DNA of 64,000 bases, from the NCBI GenBank assembly GCA_963810095.1, contig CAWEMM010000006.1, positions 1,280,001-1,344,000 of the forward strand, in the 5' to 3' direction. This DNA is from an uncultured Chloroflexia bacterium (lineage in GTDB: Bacteria; Chloroflexota; Anaerolineae; CG2-30-64-16). A program made the translations under genes and the position numbers. This document shows, in pieces, positions 1-9,889 of the stretch. The notes beneath the pieces are model-generated. The model did not search any database, was not told where the DNA came from, and saw only the letters and a list, made by a program, of their open reading frames with translations. The first letter of the stretch is position 1. Each line of letters begins with the position of its first letter.

Positions 1-2483
1 CCCTGGCGATGGCGAACCACAGGAAGGTCATGCCCGGCGACGAGATGTACATGTCGGGCCGGGCGCTGTACCCCGTCACGATGAACCTCTATAACAAGCT
101 GGCGCACGAGTTCGACGGGGATCTGCGGGTCTCCTTCTCGGCCGGCGCGGATGCACTCAACGTCGCGACCATCCTCAAGTGCGGCGCGGCGCCTGTGACG
201 GCCTGCTCCGACCTCCTGAAGCCGGGCGGGTACGCCCGCTTCGGCCAGTGGCTCACCAACCTGCAGGCCGAGATGGACGCAGCCGGCGCGGGCAGCCTGG
301 CAGAGTTCTCCAGCAACAAGCTGATGAACCTGGAGGAAGCGGCGAACGCTTCGCTCGTCGAGCATCGCTACAAGAAAGAAGCCTTCCCTTACGGCCTGCC
401 CAAGATCAAGGACGACCTCAGCTTCTTCGACTGTGTCCAGGCGCCCTGCATCGCCCACTGCGCCGTGTGCCAGGACGTGCCGGAATATGCGTGGGCCATC
501 AGCCAGGGCAACTACGACCAGGCGCTCGAAGTGATCCTGGCCCGCAACCCGCTGCCCGCCGTCACCGGCTACGTCTGCAACCACCTGTGCCAGACGCGCT
601 GCACGCGCAATGACTACGAAGAGACGATCGCCATCCGCGCGCTCAAGCGCTTTGCCGAGGAACACGGCAAGGTGGCGCCCCTCGTGGCCAAGGCGGCCGT
701 GGGCAAGAAGGTGGCCGTCGTCGGCTCCGGGCCATCGGGTTTCTCGGCCGCGTTCTACCTCGCCCTCAACGGTCTCGACGTACACATGTACGAGGCGAAG
801 GACGTCATCGGCGGCATGATGCGGCTGGTGCCGGTCTTCCGCCTGCCGTGGGAGATCATCCAACGAGACGTGGACCGCATCCTCGACCTGGGCGTGACGC
901 TCGAGCTGGAGCACCTGGTGGATGTGGCGCCCGAGGCGCTGCTGGATGAGGGGACGGCCGGCGGGCCGTTCGACGCGGTGTACGTTGCCGCGGGCTTCCA
1001 GAAAGATACGCCGCTGAATATCCCGGGCGTCAAAGAAGCCAAGAAGGGCGTTTACGCCGCGCTGACCCTGCTCGACCGGGTGCGTCGCGGCGAGAAGCCC
1101 GACATCGGCAAGAAGGCCCTCGTCATCGGCGGCGGCGACACCGCCATGGACGCGGTCCGCACCTCGCACCGCCTCACCGGCAACCCGACGACCATCGTCT
1201 ACCGCCGCACCCGCGCCGAGATGCCGGCCAGCCCCGAGGAAATCGAAGGGGCGCTGGAAGAGGGCAACATCCTGGAAGAACTGGTCACGCCGGTGCGCGT
1301 CGTCCTTGGCTCGGCAGACGAAGTGACCGGGCTGGCCTGCGTGCGCAACAGACTGGGCGAGCCGGGGCCAGACGGCCGGCGCAAGCCCGTCGTGATTCCG
1401 GGCAGCGACTTCGTCATCCCCTGCGACTCGATCATGGTCGCGGTCGGCCAGATCCCCGAGCTCTCGTTCCTCGACGGCAGCGTCGTGACGCTGTGCAGCG
1501 ACGGCGGCATTGCCATCGAGGCCGGCACGGGTCGCACCGAAGCCCCCAACGTCTATGCGGGCGGCGACGTGGCGGAAGCGGGGCCCGAAAGCATCATCGC
1601 GGCCTGCGCCGACGGCCGCCGGGCTGCAGAAGCAATTTGCGCCCAGTTTGGCCTGCCGTTCTCCCAGCCGCCGGCCGCCATGCCCGAATTGTCCGAAACG
1701 GACATCCTGGCGAACAAGCAAATGCGCGTACAGAAGATTGCTCAGCAGAAGCCGCCCGCGCTGCCCATCGAGCTGCGCGAGAGCTTCGACCTGATCGAGC
1801 TGACCTTCACCGAGGAACAGGCCCAGGCCGAAGGCGCGCGCTGCCTCCAGTGCACCACCTACTGCGACAAGTGCGTCGAGGTCTGTCCCAATCGCGCCAA
1901 CATGACCTTCATGATGACGCCCGTCCACGCGATGATCCCCGTCCTCGAAGCCAAAGGCGGAAGCCTGGTCGTGGCAGGGCTCGAACCGTTCAACGTCGAC
2001 CAGAGCCGGCAGATCGTCAACATCAACGACTTCTGCAACGCGTGCGGCGACTGCACCACGTTCTGCATGCACAGCGGCCGCCCGTGGTATGACAAGCCTC
2101 GCCTCTTCCTAAATGAGGCCGACTTCCTGAACGTCGACCACAACGGCTACCGGATTGAGGGGAACACCATCCGGCACCGGGAAAATGGGACCGAGTCGCG
2201 GCTCACCCGCTCGAACGGCCACCTGGTCTACGACAACGACCAGGTGCGGGTCATCCTGGGCAAGGACTACTCGGTCCAGGGCATGGAGCTCAAGCAGCCC
2301 TTCGATTGGCCCGAAGGGCACAGACTGTCGCTCCGCGAGGCCGCTGCAATGGACGTCGTGCTCGAAGGCATCAGCGAAAGCCTGCCGCATTTGGTGATCG
2401 GGAATAGGTGCGTAGGGGCGAGGCATTTTGTTCGGCCGGCCAGGTCGGCCGAACAAAATGCCTCGCCCCTACGCGGGACATAA
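1..2483 (+). CDS. ygfK: Putative selenate reductase/YgfK-type Fe-S flavoprotein (5'-truncated by window edge)
   Basis: Motifs CSDLLKPGGY, C-x3-PC-x3-C, GYVCNHLCQTRCTR, GSGPSG and GGGDTAMD, RCLQC..CDKCVEVCPNRAN and CNACGDC; followed by ssnA. True stop may be TAG at 2405-2407 if one G is missing from the homopolymer. Confidence 0.85.
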   Translation, partial: LAMANHRKVMPGDEMYMSGRALYPVTMNLYNKLAHEFDGDLRVSFSAGADALNVATILKCGAAPVTACSDLLKPGGYARFGQWLTNLQAEMDAAGAGSLAEFSSNKLMNLEEAANASLVEHRYKKEAFPYGLPKIKDDLSFFDCVQAPCIAHCAVCQDVPEYAWAISQGNYDQALEVILARNPLPAVTGYVCNHLCQTRCTRNDYEETIAIRALKRFAEEHGKVAPLVAKAAVGKKVAVVGSGPSGFSAAFYLALNGLDVHMYEAKDVIGGMMRLVPVFRLPWEIIQRDVDRILDLGVTLELEHLVDVAPEALLDEGTAGGPFDAVYVAAGFQKDTPLNIPGVKEAKKGVYAALTLLDRVRRGEKPDIGKKALVIGGGDTAMDAVRTSHRLTGNPTTIVYRRTRAEMPASPEEIEGALEEGNILEELVTPVRVVLGSADEVTGLACVRNRLGEPGPDGRRKPVVIPGSDFVIPCDSIMVAVGQIPELSFLDGSVVTLCSDGGIAIEAGTGRTEAPNVYAGGDVAEAGPESIIAACADGRRAAEAICAQFGLPFSQPPAAMPELSETDILANKQMRVQKIAQQKPPALPIELRESFDLIELTFTEEQAQAEGARCLQCTTYCDKCVEVCPNRANMTFMMTPVHAMIPVLEAKGGSLVVAGLEPFNVDQSRQIVNINDFCNACGDCTTFCMHSGRPWYDKPRLFLNEADFLNVDHNGYRIEGNTIRHRENGTESRLTRSNGHLVYDNDQVRVILGKDYSVQGMELKQPFDWPEGHRLSLREAAAMDVVLEGISESLPHLVIGNRCVGARHFVRPARSAEQNASPLRGT
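2410..2474. repeat. GTAG-type REP-like palindrome, 29-bp perfect arms and 7-nt loop
   Basis: gcgtaggggcgaggcattttgttcggccg (2410-2438) is the exact reverse complement of 2446-2474. Confidence 0.85.
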
Positions 2484-2493
2484 GGAGAGACGC

Positions 2494-3830
2494 ATGAGCT
2501 TGTTAGTAACGAACGGACGCGTATTCACCCTCGGGGCGGCCAACGAGTTGATTCCCGACGGTGCGGTCTACATCGAGGGCGACACGATCGTCGAGGTCGG
2601 CCCGTCGGCCGAGCTGGCCGCCAAGCACCCGCAGGCCGAACGCCTGGACGTGGGCGGGAAAGTCGTGCTGCCCGGCATGCTATGCGGGCACACGCACTTC
2701 TACGGCGCGTTCTCGCGGCATGGCCATTCCCGGCGCGCCCGCGACGAACTTTGTCGAGATTCTCGAAAAGCTGTGGTGGAAGCTGGACCTGGCACTGCTG
2801 TGGGACGACGTCAAATACAGCGCCCTGATCTTCATGGTCGATGCCATCAAGCACGGCTGCACGACGATGATCGACCACCACGCCAGCCCCAACGCGATCG
2901 ACGGCAGCCTCGACATGGTCGCCGAGGCGGTGAAGGAAGCCGGCGTGCGTGCGAGCCTGTGCTATGAAGTGACAGACCGCAACGGCATGGACGGCGCCCG
3001 GGCCGGCATCGCGGAAAACGTGCGCTGGCTCAAGCGCTGCCGGGCTTCGCACGATCCGCAGTTGGCCGGCTCGTTTGGCCTCCACGCCGCGCTGCACCCT
3101 CTCGGACGAAACGCTGGAAGCCTCCCGGGTGGCGGCCGAGGGTCTGGGTACCGGGTTCCACATCCACGTCGCCGAAGATGCGGCGGATCAGACCGAGAGC
3201 CTGCGCAAATACAACCTGCGCGTGGTGGAACGGCTGCAGAAGTTCGGCATCCTCGGTTCGAAGTCGATCGCGGTGCACTGCGTCCACCTGGACGAGTTTG
3301 AGAAGGACATCCTGCGCGAGACCGGTACGCACGTGACCCACCAGCCGCGCTCGAACATGAACAATGCCGTCGGCCTCCCGGATGTGACGGGCATGCTCGC
3401 GCGGGGCATCCCCGTCGCGCTCGGCAACGACGGCTTCTCGATGTTCATGGTCGACGAGATGAAGGCGTGCTACCTGGCCCACAAGCTCAACACCCGTGAC
3501 CCGCGCACCATGCCGGGCGACGTGGTGCTCCAGATGCAGTACGCCAACAACGCAGACCTGGCTCAGGTCTTCTTCCCCAAGCCCGTCGGCGCGATCACGC
3601 CCGGCGCGTTCGCCGACCTGGTCGTCTGGGACTACCAGCCGCCCACGCCGCTCACGCCCGGCAACCTGCCCTGGCACATCCTCTTCGGCGTCGATGCCGC
3701 GGTCGTCACGCACACCATTGCCTCGGGCAAAGTGCTGATGAAGGACCGCCAGTTGACGACCCTGGACGAGGAAGCTATCATGGCGCGCGCGCGGGAACTG
3801 GCCGTACAGGTCTGGAAACGCGTCGGGTGA
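2494..3830 (+). CDS. ssnA: Putative aminohydrolase SsnA (amidohydrolase family), frameshifted near 2715 and 3090
   Basis: RBS taaggag; PGMLCGHTHFY, HHASP, GLHA, HIHVAE, HCVH, PRSNMNNAVG and LGNDG motifs spread over three frames; ygfK-ssnA synteny. Confidence 0.85.
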
Positions 3831-3832
3831 CT

Positions 3833-3923
3833 TAACCACAAAGACACGAAGACTCAAAGGTTCACGAAGACGAGGACCTAAGGAACTTTGTGAAGCTTCG
3901 TGTTCTTGGTGCCTTCGTGGTTA
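3833..3923. repeat. Dispersed palindromic repeat family B (AACCACAAAGACAC...GTGCCTTCGTGGTT)
   Basis: Imperfect inverted repeat; related copies at 4157, 22570, 45747 and 50533. Confidence 0.75.
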
Positions 3924-3951
3924 GCAGTCCGATCCTTGAAAGGAGGCTCGC

Positions 3952-4146
3952 ATGACAGACAAGGCCGTAGGCTCATTCTCGTGGGTGCGTGCCCTTCGCG
4001 AAGGGACGCTGACGCAGACGCAGCTGGAAGCCCTACAGGCGCTGGTCGACAACGACGAGGCCGATTCGCTGGAAGAGGCCGCACGATTGCTCGACATGCA
4101 GGTGCAGCACAACCCGGGCGGCGAGCCCGGGACGCGCGCGTATTAG
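3952..4146 (+). CDS. Small acidic hypothetical protein (64 aa)
   Basis: Strong RBS aaggagg just upstream of ATG; typical codon usage; co-oriented between ssnA and the XDH genes. Confidence 0.7.
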   Translation: MTDKAVGSFSWVRALREGTLTQTQLEALQALVDNDEADSLEEAARLLDMQVQHNPGGEPGTRAY

Positions 4147-4156
4147 AGAAGCAACT

Positions 4157-4224
4157 TAACACAAAGGCACAAAGACACGGGGGCATTCTGGCTAGTTCCG
4201 CCGTGTCTTTGTGTCTTTGTGTTA
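4157..4224. repeat. Dispersed palindromic repeat family B
   Basis: taacacaaaggcacaaagacacgg / ccgtgtctttgtgtctttgtgtta, 24-bp arms with one G-T pair. Confidence 0.85.
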
Positions 4225-4237
4225 GCGGGAGGTTTTC

Positions 4238-5709
4238 ATGTGGCGAAGCTATTATGCGCCGGGCACGGTGAGCGAGGCGCTCGACCTGCTGGCCCGGTAC
4301 GGCGGCCCGGATGGGAGTGCCTGCCGTGTCATCGCGGGCGGCACCGATCTCATTCTTGAACTGGAGCGGGGCATACGCCACCAGGAAGTGCTGGTGGACG
4401 TCTCGCGCGTGGCCGAGCTCGGGCAGATTATCTTCGAATCGGCCACGGGCCTGCTGACGCTGGGTGCGAACGTGACGCACAACCAGGTCGTCGCGAACGA
4501 CTACGCGGTGCAGCACGCTTTTCCCCTGGCGAAGGCCTGCTGGCTCGTCGGCGCGGCGCAGATCCGCAATCGTGGCACGGTGGCCGGCAATATCATCACT
4601 GCCAGCCCGGCCAACGACACGATTGCGCCGCTGTGGGCGATGGACGCCACGGTAACGCTGGCGAGCGCCGCACGCGGCGAGCGCAGCTTGCCGTTCAACG
4701 AGTTCTTTCTCGGCGTCAGGCGCACCGCAATGCAGCCCGACGAGCTGCTGCTGAGCATTACGGTGCCTACACTAAAGGCAAGCGAGCGCGGCACCTTCCT
4801 CAAGCTCGGGCTGCGCGAGGCGCAGGCCATCAGCCTGATCAACGTCGCGGCCGTGCTCGACTTCGCACCCGGCGGCATCGTCACCCGCGCACGGATTTCG
4901 CTTGGCGCCGTCGCCCCTACCATCGTGCGGGCGTCCGAGGCGGAGACCTTCCTGGCCGGAAAAGCGCTGACGGAAGACGTCGTCGAGCAGGCGGCCGAGC
5001 TGACCGCCGGGGCCGCCCGGCCCATCTCCGACATCCGGGCGGGCGCGGAGTACCGGCGCGATATGGTGCGCGTGTATGCCGCACGGGCGCTGCGCGAGCT
5101 GCGCGACGGCGCCGAACGTGCCGGCTGGCCGGCGAAGCCCGTGCTTCTGTGGGGAAGCTCGAACGGCGGCAGTAACGGACACAACGGCCGGCAACCCGCC
5201 ACGCCACCCGCCGAAGGCGCCGACGAGCGGTTCGCTTCATGCTTAACGGCCAGCCGGCCGAGCTGCGCAATGTGCATGGGAAGACCCTGCTCCGTGCGCT
5301 GCGCGAAGACCTGGGCCTGACGGGCACGAAGGAAGGCTGCGCGGAGGGCGAGTGCGGCGCATGTACGGTCTGGCTCGACGGCGTGGCGGTCATGAGCTGC
5401 CTGGTTCCCGCCGAGCGTGCCGCGGGCTGCAGCATCGTTACGGTCGAAGGCCTGGCCGGGCTGGAGGGTGGCGGCACCGAGGAAGGCAGCCTTCACCCGC
5501 TCCAGCAGGCATTCGTCGAGGCCGGGGCCGTCCAGTGCGGCTATTGCACGCCCGGCATCCTCATGTCGGCCGCTAACCTGATGGAAGAAGTGGCGCATCC
5601 GACGCTCGGACAGGTCAAAGAAGCGCTGACGGGCAACCTCTGCCGCTGCACGGGTTACTACAAAATCCTGCAGGCGGTGGAAAAGGCGGTGGCGGGAGGT
5701 GACGCATGA
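4238..5709 (+). CDS. Xanthine dehydrogenase-family FAD-binding subunit, probably fused to the [2Fe-2S] subunit (frameshift near 5235)
   Basis: [18 protein letters not shown] and ASPANDT (FAD), then [24 protein letters not shown] and NLCRCTGY (2x[2Fe-2S]); low-complexity linker with no stop between domains. Confidence 0.85.
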
Positions 5710-8065
5710 GCAGCAACAACGGACATGAGACCACTGCCGGCGCCGTCGGCGCGGGTCGAGCCGTAGGCTCGAACGCCACACGCATCGACGCGCCGGGCAA
5801 AGTCACCGGGCGCACCCTGTATCCGGGCGACATCAACCATCCCGACGCGCTCCACATGGCCACGCTGTTTGCGGGCCGGGTGCACGCCCGGGTCTTGAGC
5901 GTCGACACGGCGGCGGCAGAAGCTGCGCCCGGCGTCGTCGCCGTCTACACATCACAGGACGTGCCGGTCAACGAATACGGCCTGCAGCTCATGGACCAGC
6001 CGGTGCTGTGTGGGCCCGGCGGCGGGAAGGCGGGGAGCGCCAAACCGGGCGCCGACGTCGTCCGCTTCGTCGGCGACCAGGTCGCGCTGGTCGTGGCCGA
6101 GACGGAGGCCCAGGCACGCGCCGCGTGCAAGCTGATCCAGGTCGAGTGGGAAGACCTGCCGATCGTCCTGGACCCGGAAGAGGCGATGCAGCCCGGCGCA
6201 CCCCAGCTCCACCCGCACAGCCAGGACAACATCTGCTACCACTATCGCATTCGCAAGGGTGACGTGGACGCGGCCTTTGCCGAGGCCCTGGCCGAAGGCG
6301 GTGTCATCGTCGAGGGCGTCTACCAGACGCCCGTGCAGGAGCACGCTTACCTCCAGCCCGAGGCGGGCGTGGCGCGTCTCGACGACGCAGGGCGCATTAC
6401 GGTCGAGGTGGCCGGGCAGTGGACCCACGTGGACCAGGAGCAGATCGCCCACGCCCTCGGCCTGCCCGACGACCAGGTCAGGGTGATCTACCCGGCCATC
6501 GGCGGCGCGTTCGGCGGCCGCGAGGACATGTCCGTGCAGATCACGCTGGCGCTCTGCGTCTGGAAGCTTGCGCAGCGGGGCATCCGGCGGCCGGTCAAGA
6601 CCATCTGGACCCGTGAAGAGTCGATGTTTGGCCACGGCAAGCGCCATCGCATGAAGCTCTATGCGAAATGGGCGCGCCAAGCGTGACGGCACGCTCGTCG
6701 CAGCCGAGGTCAAGGCCATCGCGGACGGCGGCGCGTACATGTACACCAGCAACAAGGTGCTGGGCAACACCACGCTGACCTGCACGGGCCCGTACGAAAT
6801 CCCGCACGTGGCCGTCGACACCTACGCGGTCTACACGAACCACGTGCCCGGCGCCGCGTTCCGCGGTTTTGGCGGCCCCCAGGGTCACTTCGAGGCCGAG
6901 GGCCAGATGGACAAGCTGGCCGAAGCCCTGGGCATGGACCCGGTCGAGCTGCGCCTGAAGAACATCCTGACCGAAGACAAGCTGCTCACGGTGGGCACGC
7001 CCATCCCCGGCGGCGTCGGCCTGACCGCCTCGTCACCGCAGCCGCGGCGGCTGCGGGCTGGCAGCAGGACGAGTCGGGCCGCTGGCACAGGCCGACCAAG
7101 AATGGCACGCAGATGAACTGTGAGACTGATCCACAGGAACTCTCCGAAGTCACGTGGCAGTCCAATCAGTAATCGCGTCCTACCGTTCACGTCGCGCGGC
7201 ATCGGGTTCGCGGCGGGGTTCAAGAACGTCGGGTTCTCCTTCGGCTACCAGGAGAACAGCTACGCCAGGGTCGAGGTGCGCGGGGCTGCGGAGATGGTCG
7301 AAGCCACCGTGTTCTTTGCCGGCGCGGACTGCGGGCAGGGGAACCACACGATCATCTCCCAGGCCGCCGCCGAGGTGCTCGGCATCCCGCGTCGCCCGGG
7401 TGCGGGTGGTCGCATCGGACACCGCGCAAATGGGCAACGCGGGCAGCGCGTCGGCCTCCCGCCTCACCTACATGAGCGCGAACGCCGTGAAAGGCGCGGC
7501 CGAGAAGGCGCTGGCCGCCTGGCAGAACGAAGACCGCCCCGCCATCGGCGAATACGTCTACCTGGCGCCCAAGACCACGCCGCTCGACCACGACACCGGC
7601 TACGGCAAGCCCAACTTCGCGTACGGCTACACGGCGCAGGCCGTGCAGGTGGCGGTGGACACGGAGACCGGGCCAGGTGCGGATCGAGAAGTTCATCTGT
7701 GCGGACGACGTGGGCAAGGCCATCAACCCGCAGCAGGTCGTCGGGCAGATCGAGGGCGCGGTGGTGCAGGCGCTCGGCTACACGCTGCTCGAGGACTGGA
7801 AGACCCGCGACGGCCGGGTGCTCACCGACAGGCTGAGCACCTACCTCATCCCCACCGTGCTCGACGTGCCCGACCAACTCGAGTCGATCATCGTCGAGGT
7901 GCCCGACCCGAACGGCCCGTGGGGCGCGCGCGGCATGGGCGAGGTGCCCTACCTGCCCGTCGCCGCCGCCGTCGCTGCCGCGGTGTACGACGCCGTGGGC
8001 GTGCGTTTTGACGAGTTCCCGCTGACGCCGGAACGGGTGTGGCGGGGCTGCGCGGCAAGAAGTAA
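5706..8065 (+). CDS. Xanthine dehydrogenase-family molybdopterin-binding subunit (several frameshifts)
   Basis: [50 protein letters not shown] and GARGMGE; ATGA overlap with the upstream gene; probable stop TAA at 8063-8065. Confidence 0.9.
7102..7181. repeat. Degenerate family A repeat lying inside the Mo-subunit CDS
   Basis: ggcacgcagatgaactgtgagactgatcc...cagtccaatcagtaatcgcgtcc aligns by eye with intergenic copies at 21899 and 37181. Confidence 0.6.
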
Positions 8066-8212
8066 CACGAGGGCCAACAGGCCTTTTGCGAACGGTCACC
8101 CGTCTGCGGATCCCGGCAGATCAGCGTTGAAGAACCTTCGCGGGAGCACTCGCTACCTCGAAGGTTCTTTTTCGTATCAGGGGTGTAGACTCCAACAGTT
8201 CAAGAGGGCGCG

Positions 8213-9003
8213 ATGTATTTCGTCGAAACCGGGCCGTCCAACGCGCCGACGATGGTTCTTCTTCACGGCGGCGGCATGGGCGGCTGGTCCTGGCAGCCCG
8301 AAATCGACCGCCTGTCCGACTATCATTTGCTCGTCCCCGACATGCCCGGCCAGGGCAAAAGCTTGACGAAGGGTCCGTTCGAGTTCGGAGGCGGCGCAAA
8401 GATTGCCGATATGATCCGGAGCCACGCGCACGGCGGGAAGGCCACATCGCCGGCCTGTCGCTAGGCGCGCAGACGCTGATCCATCTGCTGGCGGTGGCGC
8501 CCGAAGTGGTCACCAAGCGCGTTCGCCACCGGGCACGCTGGCGCGCAAGCTGCCGGGCGGCAGCCTCGTTCGCCCGACGCTCGCGCTCTATGATCCGTTC
8601 AAGAACATGCCCATTCATGGTGCGCGCGAACATGCGGAGCTTCGGCGTGCCGAAGGAGTACTACGATATAGTTCGCCGCCGACACCCGGGCGGCAACCGT
8701 GGATTCGCTCACCGCGATTTTCCGCGCAAACATGGCCTTCGGGATACCTGCGCGGCCTCGGGGCGATGACTACGCCCGTCCTGCTGACCGTCGGCGAAAA
8801 GGAATACGGGATGATGAAGGGATCGGCAAGGGAGCTGGCGACGGGCTCCCCACGGCGAGGCGTATGTCGTGAAGGGCGTGGGACACAACTGGCCCCTCGC
8901 TCATCCAGACCTGTACACGCGGACCCTGCGCGCGTGGATGGCGGGCGCGCCCCTGCCCGCCGGAGTCAAAGCCGCTGTAGCGCAGGCGAACCGACCGGCA
9001 TGA
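8213..9003 (+). CDS. Alpha/beta-fold hydrolase (multiple frameshifts)
   Basis: LHGGG oxyanion motif, PDMPGQGKS, GLSLGA nucleophile elbow (8452-8469), VGEKE and GHNW across frames. Confidence 0.75.
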
Positions 9004-9004
9004 A

Positions 9005-9033
9005 GAACCAGGTTTCGTCAAAAACCTGGTTTC
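9005..9033. repeat. Family C short palindrome (AACCAGGTTT...AAACCTGGTT), terminator-like
   Basis: 10-bp inverted repeat followed by a T-run; related copies at 16643, 25430, 36437, 37104 and 57123. Confidence 0.65.
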
Positions 9034-9080
9034 TTTTTGGCTCCGAGGGTGATAGACTAAGCCTCGGCAAGGAGGGTGCG

Positions 9081-9889
9081 ATGCCAGAGATAACGACGGG
9101 CATCGACGAATACGGCGCGGCCGCGGACTACTACGACTACGTCCCGGCGTACGCCGAGCGGTCGGACGTGGCGTTCTTCGTCGACATGGCGCGAGACAGC
9201 GGTGGGCCCGTGCTCGAGCTCGGCTGCGGAACGGGCCGGGTGCTGCTCCCGACCGCGCGGGCCGGCATCGCCATCACGGGGCTGGACCTCTCGCCGGGCA
9301 TGCTCCGCATCCTGCGCGGGCGCCTCGCGGCAGAGCCGCCGGACGTACAAGCGCGCGTCCGGCTGGTCGAGGGGGACATGCGAAGCTTCGACCTCGGCCA
9401 GACAGTTCGCCCTGGTCACCCTCCCCTTCCGGCCGTTCCAGCACCTGATCACCGTCGAGGAGGAGCTGGCGTGCCTCGCCGCCATCCGGCGCCATCTCTT
9501 GCCCGAGCGGGCGGCTGGTGCTCGACCTCTTCAACCCGTCGATGACCGCGCTGACAGACGACACACGCTTTGAAGAGCAGGAACCGGAGCCGGAAGCGAC
9601 GCTGCCCGACGGGCGGCGCTTCTACCGCACCTGGCGCACCGTGGAGCGGGACTATCTGACGCAGGTGCAGCAGGTGGAGATGTATTACTACGTCACCCAC
9701 CCGGACGGCCGGCAGGAGCGCGGGGTCCATGCGTTCCCTATGCGCTACCTCTTCCGTTTTGAGGCGGAACACCTGCTGGCCCGCGCCGGCTTCGAGGTGG
9801 AGCACCTGTACGCCGACTACGACAGAAACCCATACGGCTCGAAATATCCCGGCGAGCTGATCTTTGTCGCAAAGAAAAGCGATGGCTGA
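9081..9889 (+). CDS. Class I SAM-dependent methyltransferase (frameshifted)
   Basis: RBS aaggagg; VLELGCGTGR, GLDLSPGML and GDMRSF. Confidence 0.85.
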
